From contig MU271280.1 in the NCBI GenBank assembly GCA_021432655.1, positions 70,473 through 108,656 on the forward strand: a stretch of 38,184 nt of DNA, read 5' to 3'. Under the pieces are notes generated by a model that had not been told where the DNA came from, did no database searches, and saw nothing but the letters and a program-made list of their open reading frames with translations. The DNA is from Atractiella rhizophila. Taxonomy: Eukaryota. Both the position numbers and the translations under genes were made by a program. Below are positions 26,034-37,995 of this stretch, one piece after another (positions within the stretch are counted from its first letter, which is position 1; each line of letters begins with the position of its first letter).

Positions 26034-26911
26034 ATGTCCTCTCCACCACCATGGCAGCCTCAACTTCAGGAAGACTTGGAAGTCTCTTTGAAGGAAATAC
26101 CACTTTCTGTCTGCTACTCTCTCTCCACACTAGACGGTCCAAATCCGACAGTGCGGACAGTTGTCCACCGAGGTATGCAAGCCCTTGCGACTCTCATTGG
26201 CAAGCTTGATCAGTTCCAACAGGCTTCGCGAATGAAAGGCGCTCAAGCGAAAAGGATGATTGGTCCAGCAATCCACGAGGAATAGACTGGGACCTGATGG
26301 TTCGCTATACCCTTTACCTGCCACAGTACAGCCTCATATCTCGTTCCAGGTTGTCACAACGGATGTCCGTTCTCCGAAGGCTCAGCAGATTCTGGCATCT
26401 CCTCCGAATCACGGTGTCCCTTCCGCTTTGAGTTGGTGGTTAATCCCTACCAACTCCCAGTATCGAATTTCGGGCCCTATCTATTTACTCCCACCACCAA
26501 ATCACCCTCATGTTTTACCTTCCCCTTTCAAGACAAAGATCCCGCCTTCTCCTGGGAACAGGAGCGATTGCGGCATTTCAGAAAACTCACTCCTGATCTG
26601 CGAGCAAGCTTCCTCAGGCCTGCACCGGGGGGTCCGCTAAAGGAAGGTGACGGGAAGAACTGGCCAGAAACACTCAAAGATGACTTGGAGGCTGAAGGTG
26701 AAGAGAAGGAGCTGGTTAAAAAGGCACTTGAGAACTTTGCTCTCATTGTGGTAATGCCAAATCGGGTCGACTAGTGCGTGTCGAATATATTTCTTTGAGC
26801 TTGAGGTTTACTCACGATTTTCACAGTGTGAATCTCAAGTGTGTTCCGAATGTGAGGAAAATCTTTACCAAAACGGACAAATCATGGAAAATAGAAGATG
26901 TGGTGCCTTGA
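26034..26911 (+). CDS. Pyridoxamine 5'-phosphate oxidase-like FMN-binding split-barrel protein; -1 frameshift at ~26523-26529
   Basis: Exons ~26034-26171, 26223-26299, 26350-26773 and 26827-26911 give PTVRTVVHRGF, VTTDVRSPK, WW..QYRISG, WEQERLRHF..LRASF..P.PG, ALENFALIVV, ..VVP*. Exon 3 changes reading frame. Confidence 0.8.
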
Positions 26912-26951
26912 TTGCTCTGACAAGTGAATGACATGCCAATTGTATATCGAT

Positions 26952-27952
26952 CTATCTACTGAGTTCCAAAACCCATGCGTGCACCTCCTTCGGCCCGCCT
27001 TTTGCCACAGGTAGGGTCCCCATAAGTTGTATTTCTCCCGTGAAAACGAAACCGTTTTTCTCGCTGCCCAACAGGTTAGCCTCAAAACTGCAAGCGCGAT
27101 GAGGGACTGACAAAACCCTCCGGGAAGCCCAGTTTCCCACAAAAGCCGTCACTCGCCATTCCTTCACTCTCATAATGGGATCAAAGAATTGATCCAGCAA
27201 CAGCTTCATACAGGCGGTCATGATACCTTTATTGTGATGACTTGGGGAAAGATAATCTCCTATAGTAACTTGTCATTCAATAGGAGCAGTTTGTAGTAGT
27301 TACTACACACCAAATATCCATTGCTGCGTTGCAGCGAACTCTGCATCAGAAAAGAAGGGCTCGTTCCACGATCTTCCTGGGGCATCGAGCATTGATTCTA
27401 CTTTTGCGTCAATGACGCCAAGATGTTCCGCTCCAGCAGAGTTTGGGTTTTCAGAGAAGCGTACAACCTTTTGGCCTATCCAACGGTGCATGCAAGTAGT
27501 TGCAAGGCATCACTCACCTCGAAGGGACATCCACTGATCTTCTGGATATCACTCCAACTCTTGGTCTCACGAAGATACGTCACGAGTTTTCCTGTGTTTT
27601 CTGTCTTCGCTGCAATCCAGGACTTGGCGTGTTCCTCGTATCATCGATTCAAGACTAGCACCGAAAAAGCAACCGATATGCGTACAATGGTGTAAGGGCA
27701 GGGGGGACCCATTAAGTACATATAAACTGAAACAGTTTAGCCAACTAGTTGGGTAAGAAGATATAACACACCCCTTTCATCATTCATCATGCTCAAGACA
27801 CTCTGGATATCCGCCTCGTTATACCTCCACGGCGTGAGACGATATTTGTCAAGAGGAGGAGGGAGTGGTAAGAACGGTTCCCCAGTCTCGAGGTCATAGG
27901 AGACACCTGGTATATGTGAAAATGGGTGAGGATGCGAAGTTTTGTCCTGCAT
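26952..27952 (-). CDS. GNAT acetyltransferase, RimJ/RimL-like, paralog A
   Basis: HPFSHIPGVSYD..EPFLPLP, GCPFE, GDYLSPSHHNKGIMTAC, FVGNWASRRVL/EKNGF. Confidence 0.82.
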
Positions 27953-28118
27953 TTGGGCGGATGTTCCTGTCCCATGAAGGGATTATGAGGAGTGTTGAAC
28001 CGTCTGACTCAACTCGAGTCTCTGACATCTTAAAAAAGGTGAACCCACAAGCCCACAGGAACTACAATGAACAGAAACAGGAATCAAGGATGCAATCCTA
28101 CAGGTTTTGCCAAAGCAG

Positions 28119-29059
28119 TTATCTACGTAGCTCCATGACCCACTCAAAAAGCTCTTCAGGTTCGCCTTTACTAGCTACCCTCTTTCCACATGATCTAGTT
28201 TCTCCCGTGAAGTGAAAACCATTCTTTTCACTATCCACGATCTTAATTCCTTTCAGGTGCAAGCAACATGAGGAAAGGCCTACAAAACTCTGCGGGAGGC
28301 CCAGTTGCCAACAAAGGCACCTAATCTCCAGTACTTCACTCTCATGATAGGATCGAAAAATCTAGCGAGCAGCACAGCGACACAAGCACTCATGACGCCC
28401 TTTCCGTGATGATCTGGTGAAAGGAAGTCGCCGAACATCCACTGTTGCTTCCCAGCAAAGTCACCATCAGGGAAGAATGGATCTTTCCACATTTCTCCAG
28501 GTTTGACATTCAACGATTCTGGCCTTGCATCAATGCAACCAAGAAGCCTTCCACCAGCAGACTCGATGTTTTCAGAATATCTGATAACCTAACTTCAAGT
28601 CAAGAATACTTCGGTCTCAATGCCAGTACACTCACTTCGAAAGGACATGCGCTAATCTTCTGAATCTCACTCCAGCCCTTTGTCTCTTGCAGATACTTCA
28701 CCAATCGGGATGTGCACTCATGTTTCTGCTTGATCCATGATTTTGCCATTTCCTTAATAAGAAATAACTTAGAAAGGGGCTCCGTGTCGGCGGCGCAGGA
28801 AGTACGCACTTCGGTGTAAGGATACGGTGGTCCCAAGAGATTCATATACACTAACAGGTGTAAGGCAACATTCCAAATGGCGGATCAGAACTGCACCTCT
28901 TTTATCATTCAGAATTTCCATGTTACTCTGAACATCAACTTCATCATCTCTCCACGGAGTAAGTCGGTAATTGTGGAGTGGAGGAGCGAGTGTGAGAAAC
29001 GGCTCGTTTGTTTTCGGATCATAACTGACCCCGGGGATGTGCGAAAACGGATGAGACAT
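28119..29059 (-). CDS. GNAT acetyltransferase, RimJ/RimL-like, paralog B
   Basis: MSHPFSHIPG, GPPYPYT, ACPFE, GDFLSPDHHGKGVMSAC, FVGNWASRRVL/EKNGF..WVMELRR*. Confidence 0.82.
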
Positions 29060-29240
29060 TGCGGATGATACTGCATCAACCACTTCAGCAATATCTCCTT
29101 AAATGGGATAAAGCAATGTGTGTGTGTCAGGATGAATGCAAATGGATTGAGTCATGGTCGAGTCTTTGAGCGGTGGGTCCGAACTCAAGCACCGTGAGAA
29201 AAGCCAGAAGGAGACACTGGCTGAATGCTTGCTGAACAGA

Positions 29241-30152
29241 ATGTCTCACCCATATTCCCACATCCCTGGAATTTTCTACGACTTTCAAAATAAGGAACCA
29301 TTCGTCCCTTTGCCAGATCCGTTGTCGGCTTACAGACTAACGGTCTGGCGTAAGGACGACTCACGGGACATCGAAAGTTTGGTGAAGATTCTGAATGACG
29401 GCAAAGGTACTGTTTCTCCCCTTCGATGCCACGTATGATGTTTAAGTGGACTGGTCTACACAGTCCATCCAAACTTGCTTCGTATCCCGTATCCATACAA
29501 GCGAGAGGACGGGGAGTTCTACAGCAATTGGAGATATGATGAACTGAAACCTACACTCGACCTTTTGAGAGCGAGCGACAACATGAATGAGTTTACGAGC
29601 GAAAGCTTGAAAGCTTGCCCTTTTGAAGTCCGTTTGCCTCCAGCAATAAACATGCGTGCTTAAAATGGGTTACAGGTCATCAGGTATTCCGAGGACCCTG
29701 CAGCATCTGGTGGAAGACTTCTAGGGATGGTGGCAGCGCGTAAGCTAGATGAAGGAACCTGGGAACTCAGTATACCTCCTCGCTCTCGGCTCATAGAACT
29801 GCTCCCTCAAGCGATTCTTTTGCAGGCGATTACCTCGATCCTTCTGAGCACGGGAAGGGAGTCATGACCGCATGCATCGGAACCACCTTAACGATATTCT
29901 CTAACTTACAGATGAACTCGACCGTGCAGCTCTGGGTGGCAAAGCCATTCGTGGGAAATTGGGCTTCAAGAAGGGTGTTGTAAGCCTCCCCTCGATGGCC
30001 TCACATGCGCAAACTGTTCTGACCCATCGAGGCGCAGCGAGAAGAATGGATTCGTTTTTAGCGAAAAGAAGGAGAGCATGAAAACCATGAAAGGAGATGG
30101 GAAAGAGGAAGAGCGGATTGGATGGGTAATGGAGAAGCGGAACTCAGTCTAG
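29241..30152 (+). CDS. GNAT acetyltransferase, RimJ/RimL-like, paralog C (divergent from B)
   Basis: MSHPYSHIPG, IPYPYK, ACPFE, DYLDPSEHGKGVMTAC, FVGNWASRRV/EKNGF..WVMEKRNSV*. Confidence 0.8.
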
Positions 30153-30933
30153 AATTCGCTTGTGTCTAGTTCTCGTTAATGGAACAGACTCTCATGTATG
30201 ATTTTCTTTGCGATTAAACGTACAAGAGACAAACTCCGAGAGGGAGCCGTGACTTGTGCTTGGGGCAAGAGGTACACTGGCTGAACGTATCTAATTAGTT
30301 TGTGATGTGTACTTTGTTCCAATTCGCCTCAAGTTTCGCTCTTCAATCTAGGCATGCTGAAAAGACGTTCGCATGCTTGAGGCATCAAAATTTCTTTGAA
30401 CAGGTTCAAAATAAATACATCATGACTGTGACCGCCTTGACTGCTCGAAAATGCAACAGCTCACCTCCAAAGCCGACTTCCCTTTATTTTCTTTAGTTAA
30501 GCTCCAAGATTCCGTATAAATCCCTGTGCGGATTGCTTGCACTCAAAATATCCCCTGACACCACGGTGAAGCTATTAGTGAAGTTTGCCAGATCGTCGTT
30601 TGCCGCCCCAAAGTCTTGTTCTTGTCTACCACCAACAACTCGCGCATACCAACTAGGAACCAAGGCTTTAAGCGCTGCCTGCCTTTCGACGACCTCTTCA
30701 CGCTGTGCCACTTGAAGCGACTCTTACGAGGTGACAATCATTAACAGCAAGGTCAACTCGTGGGATCCGCGGGACTAGTGATATTGAACGCGGGATAGCT
30801 AGCGGCAGTGGCAGCCCTTGAAAAGCACAAGTAAGTGAGCTCCATTCGTCTCCTTCGTCAGGGCCACATTCTTATTTTACGAGTTGCAATAAGACTGCTC
30901 GAAAATCACACTGGAAACACCTTGATCCACAAC

Positions 30934-33900
30934 ATGTCTCCCACACTCGAACCCTCTCCGCAACCGCCCCCAAGTCCCATGCCTTCCCCTCAACGCAGAG
31001 GCACCTTTTCCCTCCGCTCCTCGTCTTCCTCTGTGTCGTCCAAGTCTGGTGACAAATCGCCAGGAGAAGGCTCTTCGTCTAGGGGAAAGCTAGCGCGAAT
31101 GTTCTCTCTGTCATCAAACTCCGGTGGTGGAGAGTCTAGATGGATGGGGAAGCGGCGAAGAACAACCGGGAGTACTCGCAGGAGCAGCAGCGGGGAGAAA
31201 GATGGCGAGCAGGAGAAAGGAGATTATGCGAGCTCGGAAGGGAGCGCGTATAGCAGTGAAGCTTTGAGCAGAACCGGCAGCCTGACGGCCAGTGGTATTC
31301 TGGGGAGGACGAATGGGGGAGGGAAGATCAGGGTCAGTTTTGATGACGCTGGGTTCAGACAAAGGGCAGCAGAGACAGCGACGATCCCTGACATGCAAGA
31401 GGTCGTGGACCCAGAGACCCCTACAACTTCCAAGCAACAACGCTTTCCCCCACATTCACAAAATACATCTATTACACATCCCTCTGATCATTCGGCCTCT
31501 TCTTCTCCAGCACACGAACGCACCCATTCCACATCTACCACCTCTTCTACCGCTCGACGACAAGTCGGAGTCGTGGGACTGCCTACTGGGGAAGTCAATC
31601 TAATTTCTCCCAAAGGCTCCGAGTTTCCAGTCCAGTCTCATCACCGTCGAGGCAGCGAACCTGTACGCCGTAGAAACGGCAGTCTCTCGCTCGTCCCATC
31701 CGGTGACAGTTTGCGTGGGCGTAATGTCCCAGTACAGATTGACGAGGACCTGTTCAAGAGCACCCCTATCCTTCCCGAGCCATCCCCTATGCTTACCCCT
31801 TCCAAGCTCGAACGACCTGGCTTCTTCAGGACGAGAAGCAAAAGTGCACCATCCCCTGTTACCCCGGGTGCGATCTTGAAGGAATATTTCGAAGCTATAC
31901 CGTCAGGAGGCAATTCTCCAGCCGCTCGGACTGAAGCAGTGATAAAGGAAACTGTTGGAACTGCGTCAGAGCAGGAGGGAAAAGGAAAGGAACATGTAAG
32001 GTCGGACACCGTGGAGAGTGAAGCGAGTGTCTACGCGGATGAAGAGCCGACGGCGCACCATCCTCTGAGAGAAGCCACTGTCGACACCTTAGGAAGCGTC
32101 TATGATGAGGAGTCCCCAATGGGAGGGGAATACGACGGCGGTGCGATCCATTACCAAGAGACGCTGAAGACGGAACCAGAGGAGATGACACGCAAGGGAA
32201 CCGTGGATAGCGAGAGCAGCGTGTATCCTGACGAAGGAATGGACGTTCAACGCCGGGATACGACAGATAGTCAAGGCAGCGTTTATGAAGACGAAAGTCC
32301 GTTAAAGAAAAGTCCGGGATCAGATGGGAGCCATTATGAGGATGAAGAAGTCGAAGGATTGGCGTCGGGGATGTTAAGGCAAGGGTCGAGGCAGAGGGAT
32401 GAGAAGAGGGAGAGTGAGTATACGGACCTGGGCGAGAGTTTGATGAGGAACACAGAGATGTTGAAACAGTTGGAAGGGTAAGCGTTCTCATCTCGCCTTC
32501 CTAATGCACTCGAGTGTTGATGTAGCGATGTTAGACCGTCTGACTTCAAGCCACGACATGGACGAGAAGCCACGCAAATGTTCACTGATGAAAGTTCAAT
32601 ACAAGTTCAATCTCCCATTCAGTCTCCGAACGCAGAGGTAGCCTCTTTAGCCTCTGACCCTGATCGTCAAACTACGAGTGGAAGCGAAATGATGGACGAG
32701 CTTGAAGGAATGATTGCGGACGCAATTGACGCCCAAGGAAACGTGGTCGAGACTCCTCCAAGCGGGAAGACGAAAGGGCGGCCCTCATCCTTTCATGAAG
32801 CTACCCCTACCCGCCCTAAGATACTCACCGAGATAAAGAACGATCTCCCCGCTATTCCTGGTATGATACGAACGACAACCTCTCCTTCAATGGCGTCAAC
32901 ACCCTCCCCAACCAAAATGGAACCCCGAGAAGGCAGACGACACTCAATGATGGCATTCTCCACCCCGACAGGTAAAGAAAATTTTTCGGCACGAACGAGG
33001 AAAACGACCCTGTTACTGGGTCTCAATCGTCCATATCCCGCTGCAATGGATTATTCAGATATCAAGGCTATGCGCACCCCGAATGAAAGAGCAATTGCCT
33101 ATGCGAAAAAGATCAACGAATTAGCCAAGGAAGACAGTGGACTGCATATTTGGCTAAGCTGCATAAAGGAGCAGCAGTATGGCTCAGGTTGGGAGTTCCT
33201 CCTTCTGCAACTTTTATTGATCTCAGCCCTAGGATTCCGTTCTCCTTCCAATTCGACGCATGGCGGGACCAACGCCAAACTTCACACTCGCGATTTTTCA
33301 GGTGCCTCTGAATTCCCCACTCGTCCTGACGCATACAAAGCGAAAGAGCTCACTCGCTCTCCGCTCGCCCAGTCCCAACCATTGACGGTGTCCCAACGGG
33401 TGCTTCAACCTCCGGTCCGCACTCCTACTTCTATCCCGTACCCTGGAGCAGTACCAAAACGACACGGTGGTACTGGCTCCATTTCTACCCCCAACACTCT
33501 CAGTCGAGCATCTGGTCCCAAATCAAGCACCAGTGGATTTTTCTCTACCCTTGGAAGGAAGACGAGTAGGAGCGTCCGTTCTCCCACCGCCGCCCTAGCC
33601 AGTAGATCCGCTGCTCCTATTGGGACTGTTAGCGCTCCAACGCTCAACCTAGGGACGATCAAGGGTGGACCAAGGATGCCGTACAATGGCTCTACGACGC
33701 TAAGCTCTTTCAGCGAAGCGGAAGACCGCATCTCTTCTCCAATATCTGAAACTCCCCATGCAACTATCAGACAATCGATGCTCACAGCGCGGCCGACCAT
33801 CTCAAGCACGAAATCAAGCTTTGTTTACGGGTCTGGAAAGACGGAAGATGGCCTTTCTGACAAACTCGACAAGCTGGCAGATATCCTCCCACAAGCTAAC

Positions 33901-33996
33901 CGGGATGTCTTGAAAGATTACCTCATTCGTGCGAATGGGGATGATTTGCTTGTTGTTGGACAATATCTCGATGATGAGAGGTCAGGAAGGGTGTGA
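30934..33996 (+). CDS. Large Ser/Pro-rich disordered protein with acidic repeats, a small helical domain and a C-terminal CUE-like domain
   Basis: Two long ORFs join in frame through intron 32478-32525. The C-terminus KLDKLADILPQANRDVLKDYLIRANGDDLLVVGQYL resembles a CUE/UBA three-helix bundle. Confidence 0.72.
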
Positions 33997-34333
33997 TGTG
34001 ATGGTCAGAGCCTAACGTATGGTCTGCACCTTGTTCTATTGTGTTTAGTCTTTGATTACTCTTCTATCTTAAGTCGTCTTTCATGTGTCTTCTTAGTTGA
34101 CACCTTCGTGGACTGATTCGTTGATCGTTGATGTCGAGTTAAGTGAATTATGCTTACTTGTGATGGAATTGTAGTTATGCTATTGTACGACAGGACGACA
34201 TCTTATTTCTTTCGAACTAGTCAACAGAGTCAACAGGTTGCTCACAGTTGCAGAACTTTCCTCGCAGAAACACAACACTTTTCCTCAAGGCGGAGAAGAA
34301 TTCCACATATTGGACGTGCTCTTGTTGCACCTT

Positions 34334-35575
34334 TCACCTGCTTCTCGTACTCGTACCACCTCTCATCCTCCCTCCACCAGCACCGACATGAGTGAACATT
34401 CCACTAGGACCACCTCCGAACTTCCCATTCAAGTTTGAAAGGTCATTTTGCGCTCCACCGATCTCCCAGCTCATCCTTCTCGGTGTGGACTGGTGTGATC
34501 TGTCTTGATGAACGCCATGAGTGCCCGCTGGTTGAAACGCTTGGACTTGGGGATTTCTTCCACTGTGGCGAGGCGTAGATGGTGCATTGGGGATGAAGGA
34601 CTGATGGCCAGAGGAAGACTACAAAGAGCGGCATTGTCATCTTCATCTAAGCAAGCAGAGGCAACAGTCGTACTTTGAACGTTCCTCCCCCTGGACCGTT
34701 GATGGGAAAGGTGCCATATTGGTGATTGTCAATAGCATCCGGAAGGGTCGAGATTTTTGGTGCGGTGGTGGTTGGAGCGGCAAGAAGAGCGCGCTGCTTC
34801 ATCTTGTCGTACTGAGTCTGTTCATTTCACTGCATTAGTGACGCAGCTGAGGTAAGGAGGGACCAACCTTCAACTTCGTATACTCCTTCGAGTTCTCTTT
34901 GTGGATCTCTTTCAGATCCCTTACCTTATTCCTTTCACCCTCCGCGTCCTTTTGAGCCGCTACAATCGCGAGTCAGTCACATCCGAGTCGATACGAGAGA
35001 AAACAGTAAACCAAGCAGCTTCTCCTTGAGCAGAGCGATTTCGGCGTTTGCTTCCCTAACTATGTTGTTGCACTGCTTCTCGAGGACCGCCACACGTTCT
35101 TGAGAGGACTTCAACAGTATTTGTTGGAAGGTTGACTCCTGGCTCATTTGGTACGACCTTTCACCCAAAAGCACGCGCCAAATCCTTATCTTTGGCACGA
35201 GAAGGAGGTGGGAAGAGGAGCAACAAACCAGAAGTTCATCGCTCGATTAGCCACGTCCAAAATGATGGCGGGACTGAGGCCAGAGAGTACCGACGTTTTG
35301 TAATCGTTTGTAGGATTCAAGGTGGTAGAAACGATGTCATCCTGTTCTGTCAATGCGGTTTCGCAAGCAGGGCATAAACGCGCTTCCGTAATGAGCACGT
35401 TAGCACAGTCAATACAGAATATATCTAATCCAGTCCACACACACGTCAGTGAAGGATGTTCTGGCGGTTGAACATAACGAAGGAGCTGACGAGAACAAGT
35501 TGTGACCACAGCTTGGCCAGAGAGCGAGAGGGGTTTTCGACACTTTAGGGAGTTGCAACGAAGATCGGTGTCCAT
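34334..35575 (-). CDS. HEI10: Meiotic pro-crossover RING E3 ligase HEI10/CCNB1IP1
   Basis: MDTDLRCNSLKCRKPL..AVVTTCS/IFCIDCA..CPACETAL..DDIV..LNPTNDYKTSVLSGLSPAIILDVANRAMNFW/YQ, then a coiled coil and a disordered tail. The 3' end is approximate. Confidence 0.9.
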
Positions 35576-35665
35576 CGCACGTGTGATATGAGGGTATTAC
35601 GGTGGGCTAGGTAGTCACTCGACTTTTCGACACGGTTGTTCCTTCATAGAGCGTTTGTTTGCCAC

Positions 35666-35696
35666 ACGCGTCATCAAAAACACGTGATACGCGTCA
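35666..35696. promoter_or_regulatory. Two MCB elements (ACGCGT) flanking a CACGTG upstream of HEI10
   Basis: ACGCGTCA at 35666 and 35689, CACGTG at 35681; 90-120 bp upstream of the ATG. Confidence 0.55.
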
Positions 35697-36287
35697 GGAG
35701 AGAAGCAAAGGAAACGGCAGAGACAACTCCTCAGATAAGCAGAATGAGTCCTGCTATATGCCGAGGCCAATATTTATATACATTTTAGGTGACCTTGGGT
35801 CAATAAAGCTTTCTGAGCAGTTACCCTCACTGTCACACACTTTTCTGCCATTCTAGCAACTTGACATGGACATCTTTAGTCGGGCTCAGCCATTACGCGC
35901 CTAGCTCCAATCACACTATGTATTGCGAGGTTCGAGATGGAAAGAGGGAAAGAGAAGGGGTACTCATTGTATTCAGCCACCAGCTCGTCCTTGGACGAGC
36001 ATCAATGTGCGATACATCACTGACTTAACATCTACTCAATTCTTTCAGCTTGCACGCGTCACACACCTATCACGTAGACATTCGAACCAAGAACAGGCAA
36101 AGAGAGAAGGACAAAAGGACAGAAAAAGGGGTCTTATTGAGCCACAAGGTTGTGACTTCGAGCCTTCTTTCATAAAACAACCACATTCCTGCATTCCCAT
36201 TTGCAACCACAACCACCATCTGGCGGCGTTTTCAACGTCGTTATCAACGACCGTTGCCTTCCGCAACTCTTGCTAGATATCCTCACC

Positions 36288-37995
36288 ATGTTATTTCTCC
36301 TAATCTCACTTCTTGCCCTTTCTTCGCTCCTCCCGCTCGCCACGGCAACGCCAGTCGTCGACGGCGGATACGAATCGATTGTTCAATGCAGGAGTGTGAG
36401 AGTATCAGAGGATAGACTGCCTGGTAATGAAGGCGCTGTGTCGACTAGCTGGGGCCTTTGGGTCATGGAAGGTGCTTTTGCTGAGACGTGAGTCTTTGCT
36501 TCCAATCTGGGACAGTTCGGGAAGAGGTGGACTGCATTGAAGTTGTTCTTCCCTAAGGCTGTTGAAAGCGCTTTTACCGTCTTTTCAGAGATGTAATTGA
36601 TTCATTGTAGGCATGAACTCTTCTTGCTGACTGGCAAAAAACGGTGTTATCTTTTATACTTGGCCATGTGTCTTCACAACTAGTGCCAACGAATATTTGG
36701 GCTTAAACCAGCCCTAATAGATAGACTGTACTTGCTGTGTCCAATCCAAGCAGCGTCATAGTTAATGATAATTTCGGCACCATGTTGGTGATGTGCTAAG
36801 GCCTTTGTTCATGGCCACCTGTCTCCGCGGAGGAGGAGCGGGGCAAATCTAGTATAAAGCGAATCTCAACCTCATCTGAGGAGAGACAAATATCCATCGA
36901 CTTGATATCTAACGAACACTCAAATCTATGATGAGCAACTCTGACGTGGTTGTGACACAGGCCAGACCAAATCATTGCGTGCGTGGGTACCTCATGCAAC
37001 TGGGAGGTGAACTATGCCTCTGGCACACAACTTCGGTGTGTCCTCATCTTTCCATCACCTAATTTACCTCAATTGATTGCGGAATCGAAGTCTCTGTGGT
37101 GTGCTCGCGAATTCAGGATCTGAATGCACAGGCGTTTATACCGTTATTGCATCGAGAGATAACACCTGTCTCGTGGACTCAACCTCTTCTACGACTCAAG
37201 CTAACACAGCAAGCACGACTACGACCTCTTCATCAAGTGATGGTGGATCCATTGTGCCTACTCCAACAGCGACAAATACTGATCCCTCAGACAACCCTAT
37301 AGACATGCCTCCCAGTCATGTTGAACCAGCGTCGGGAGGTGCTCAGACTGCAGCAATCGTTGGTGGAGGTCTGTATCGATTACACTCCTTCATAACGTGT
37401 CAAACTGAAAACGATCGGTGATTTAGTTGTTGGCGGTGTCTCTTTCGTCGCGATCCTCGCTACCTGCCTCTTCTGTGTCCGACGGAAACGTCGCAGTGCT
37501 CGCACTCGCGCCCTTTATGGATTCGATCAAACTTCCAGCGATAAAGGAACCGGGAGTGGTGGCCTGACTGGCGCTATAGAAGCGGACAACTCTCGCTGGG
37601 GCTGGGTGACGTTCAACCGAAATGCGTCTCGATCTGAGGGTGGACCTCTAGGAGCCTCCAGGAGCGAAATCACTCGAGAACCAAAGGGTTCGGTTGATCT
37701 CACACTCCCTCCTCAGGCAAGGATTGCGAATAGCCCATGGGCACAGTTCGGGGATGCTGAAGCTCAACAATTCCCTCCTGTCCCACCAATCATTCACGTT
37801 CCGGCTTCATTGTCTATTCAAGATCCTTTCCGAACCCCTGCTCCAACCCCGAAGATCTCAATCGACCTACCCCCTTCTTACCCTGCCATTCTGGACCCGA
37901 ACCCCCATCCTGTTCCTCAACCAGCATCACGGCCTTCACTCGACCTAGAAGGAGTGCCGAAAAGGTCGAGACGGGTCCCTGTGCCCACGTCTTGA
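36288..37995 (+). CDS. Type I single-pass membrane protein: signal peptide, Cys-containing ectodomain, S/T stalk, TM, Pro-rich tail
   Basis: MLFLLISLLALSSLLPLATA signal; STSSTTQANTASTTTTSSSS; AAIVGG/VVGGVSFVAILATCLFCVRRKRR; PPSY in the tail. Confidence 0.78.

Noticed and set aside
8951..30152. Possible metabolic gene cluster (OYE, acyl-CoA ligase, FMN protein, GNATs)
   Set aside because: There is no PKS, NRPS or terpene backbone gene, and housekeeping genes are interspersed.
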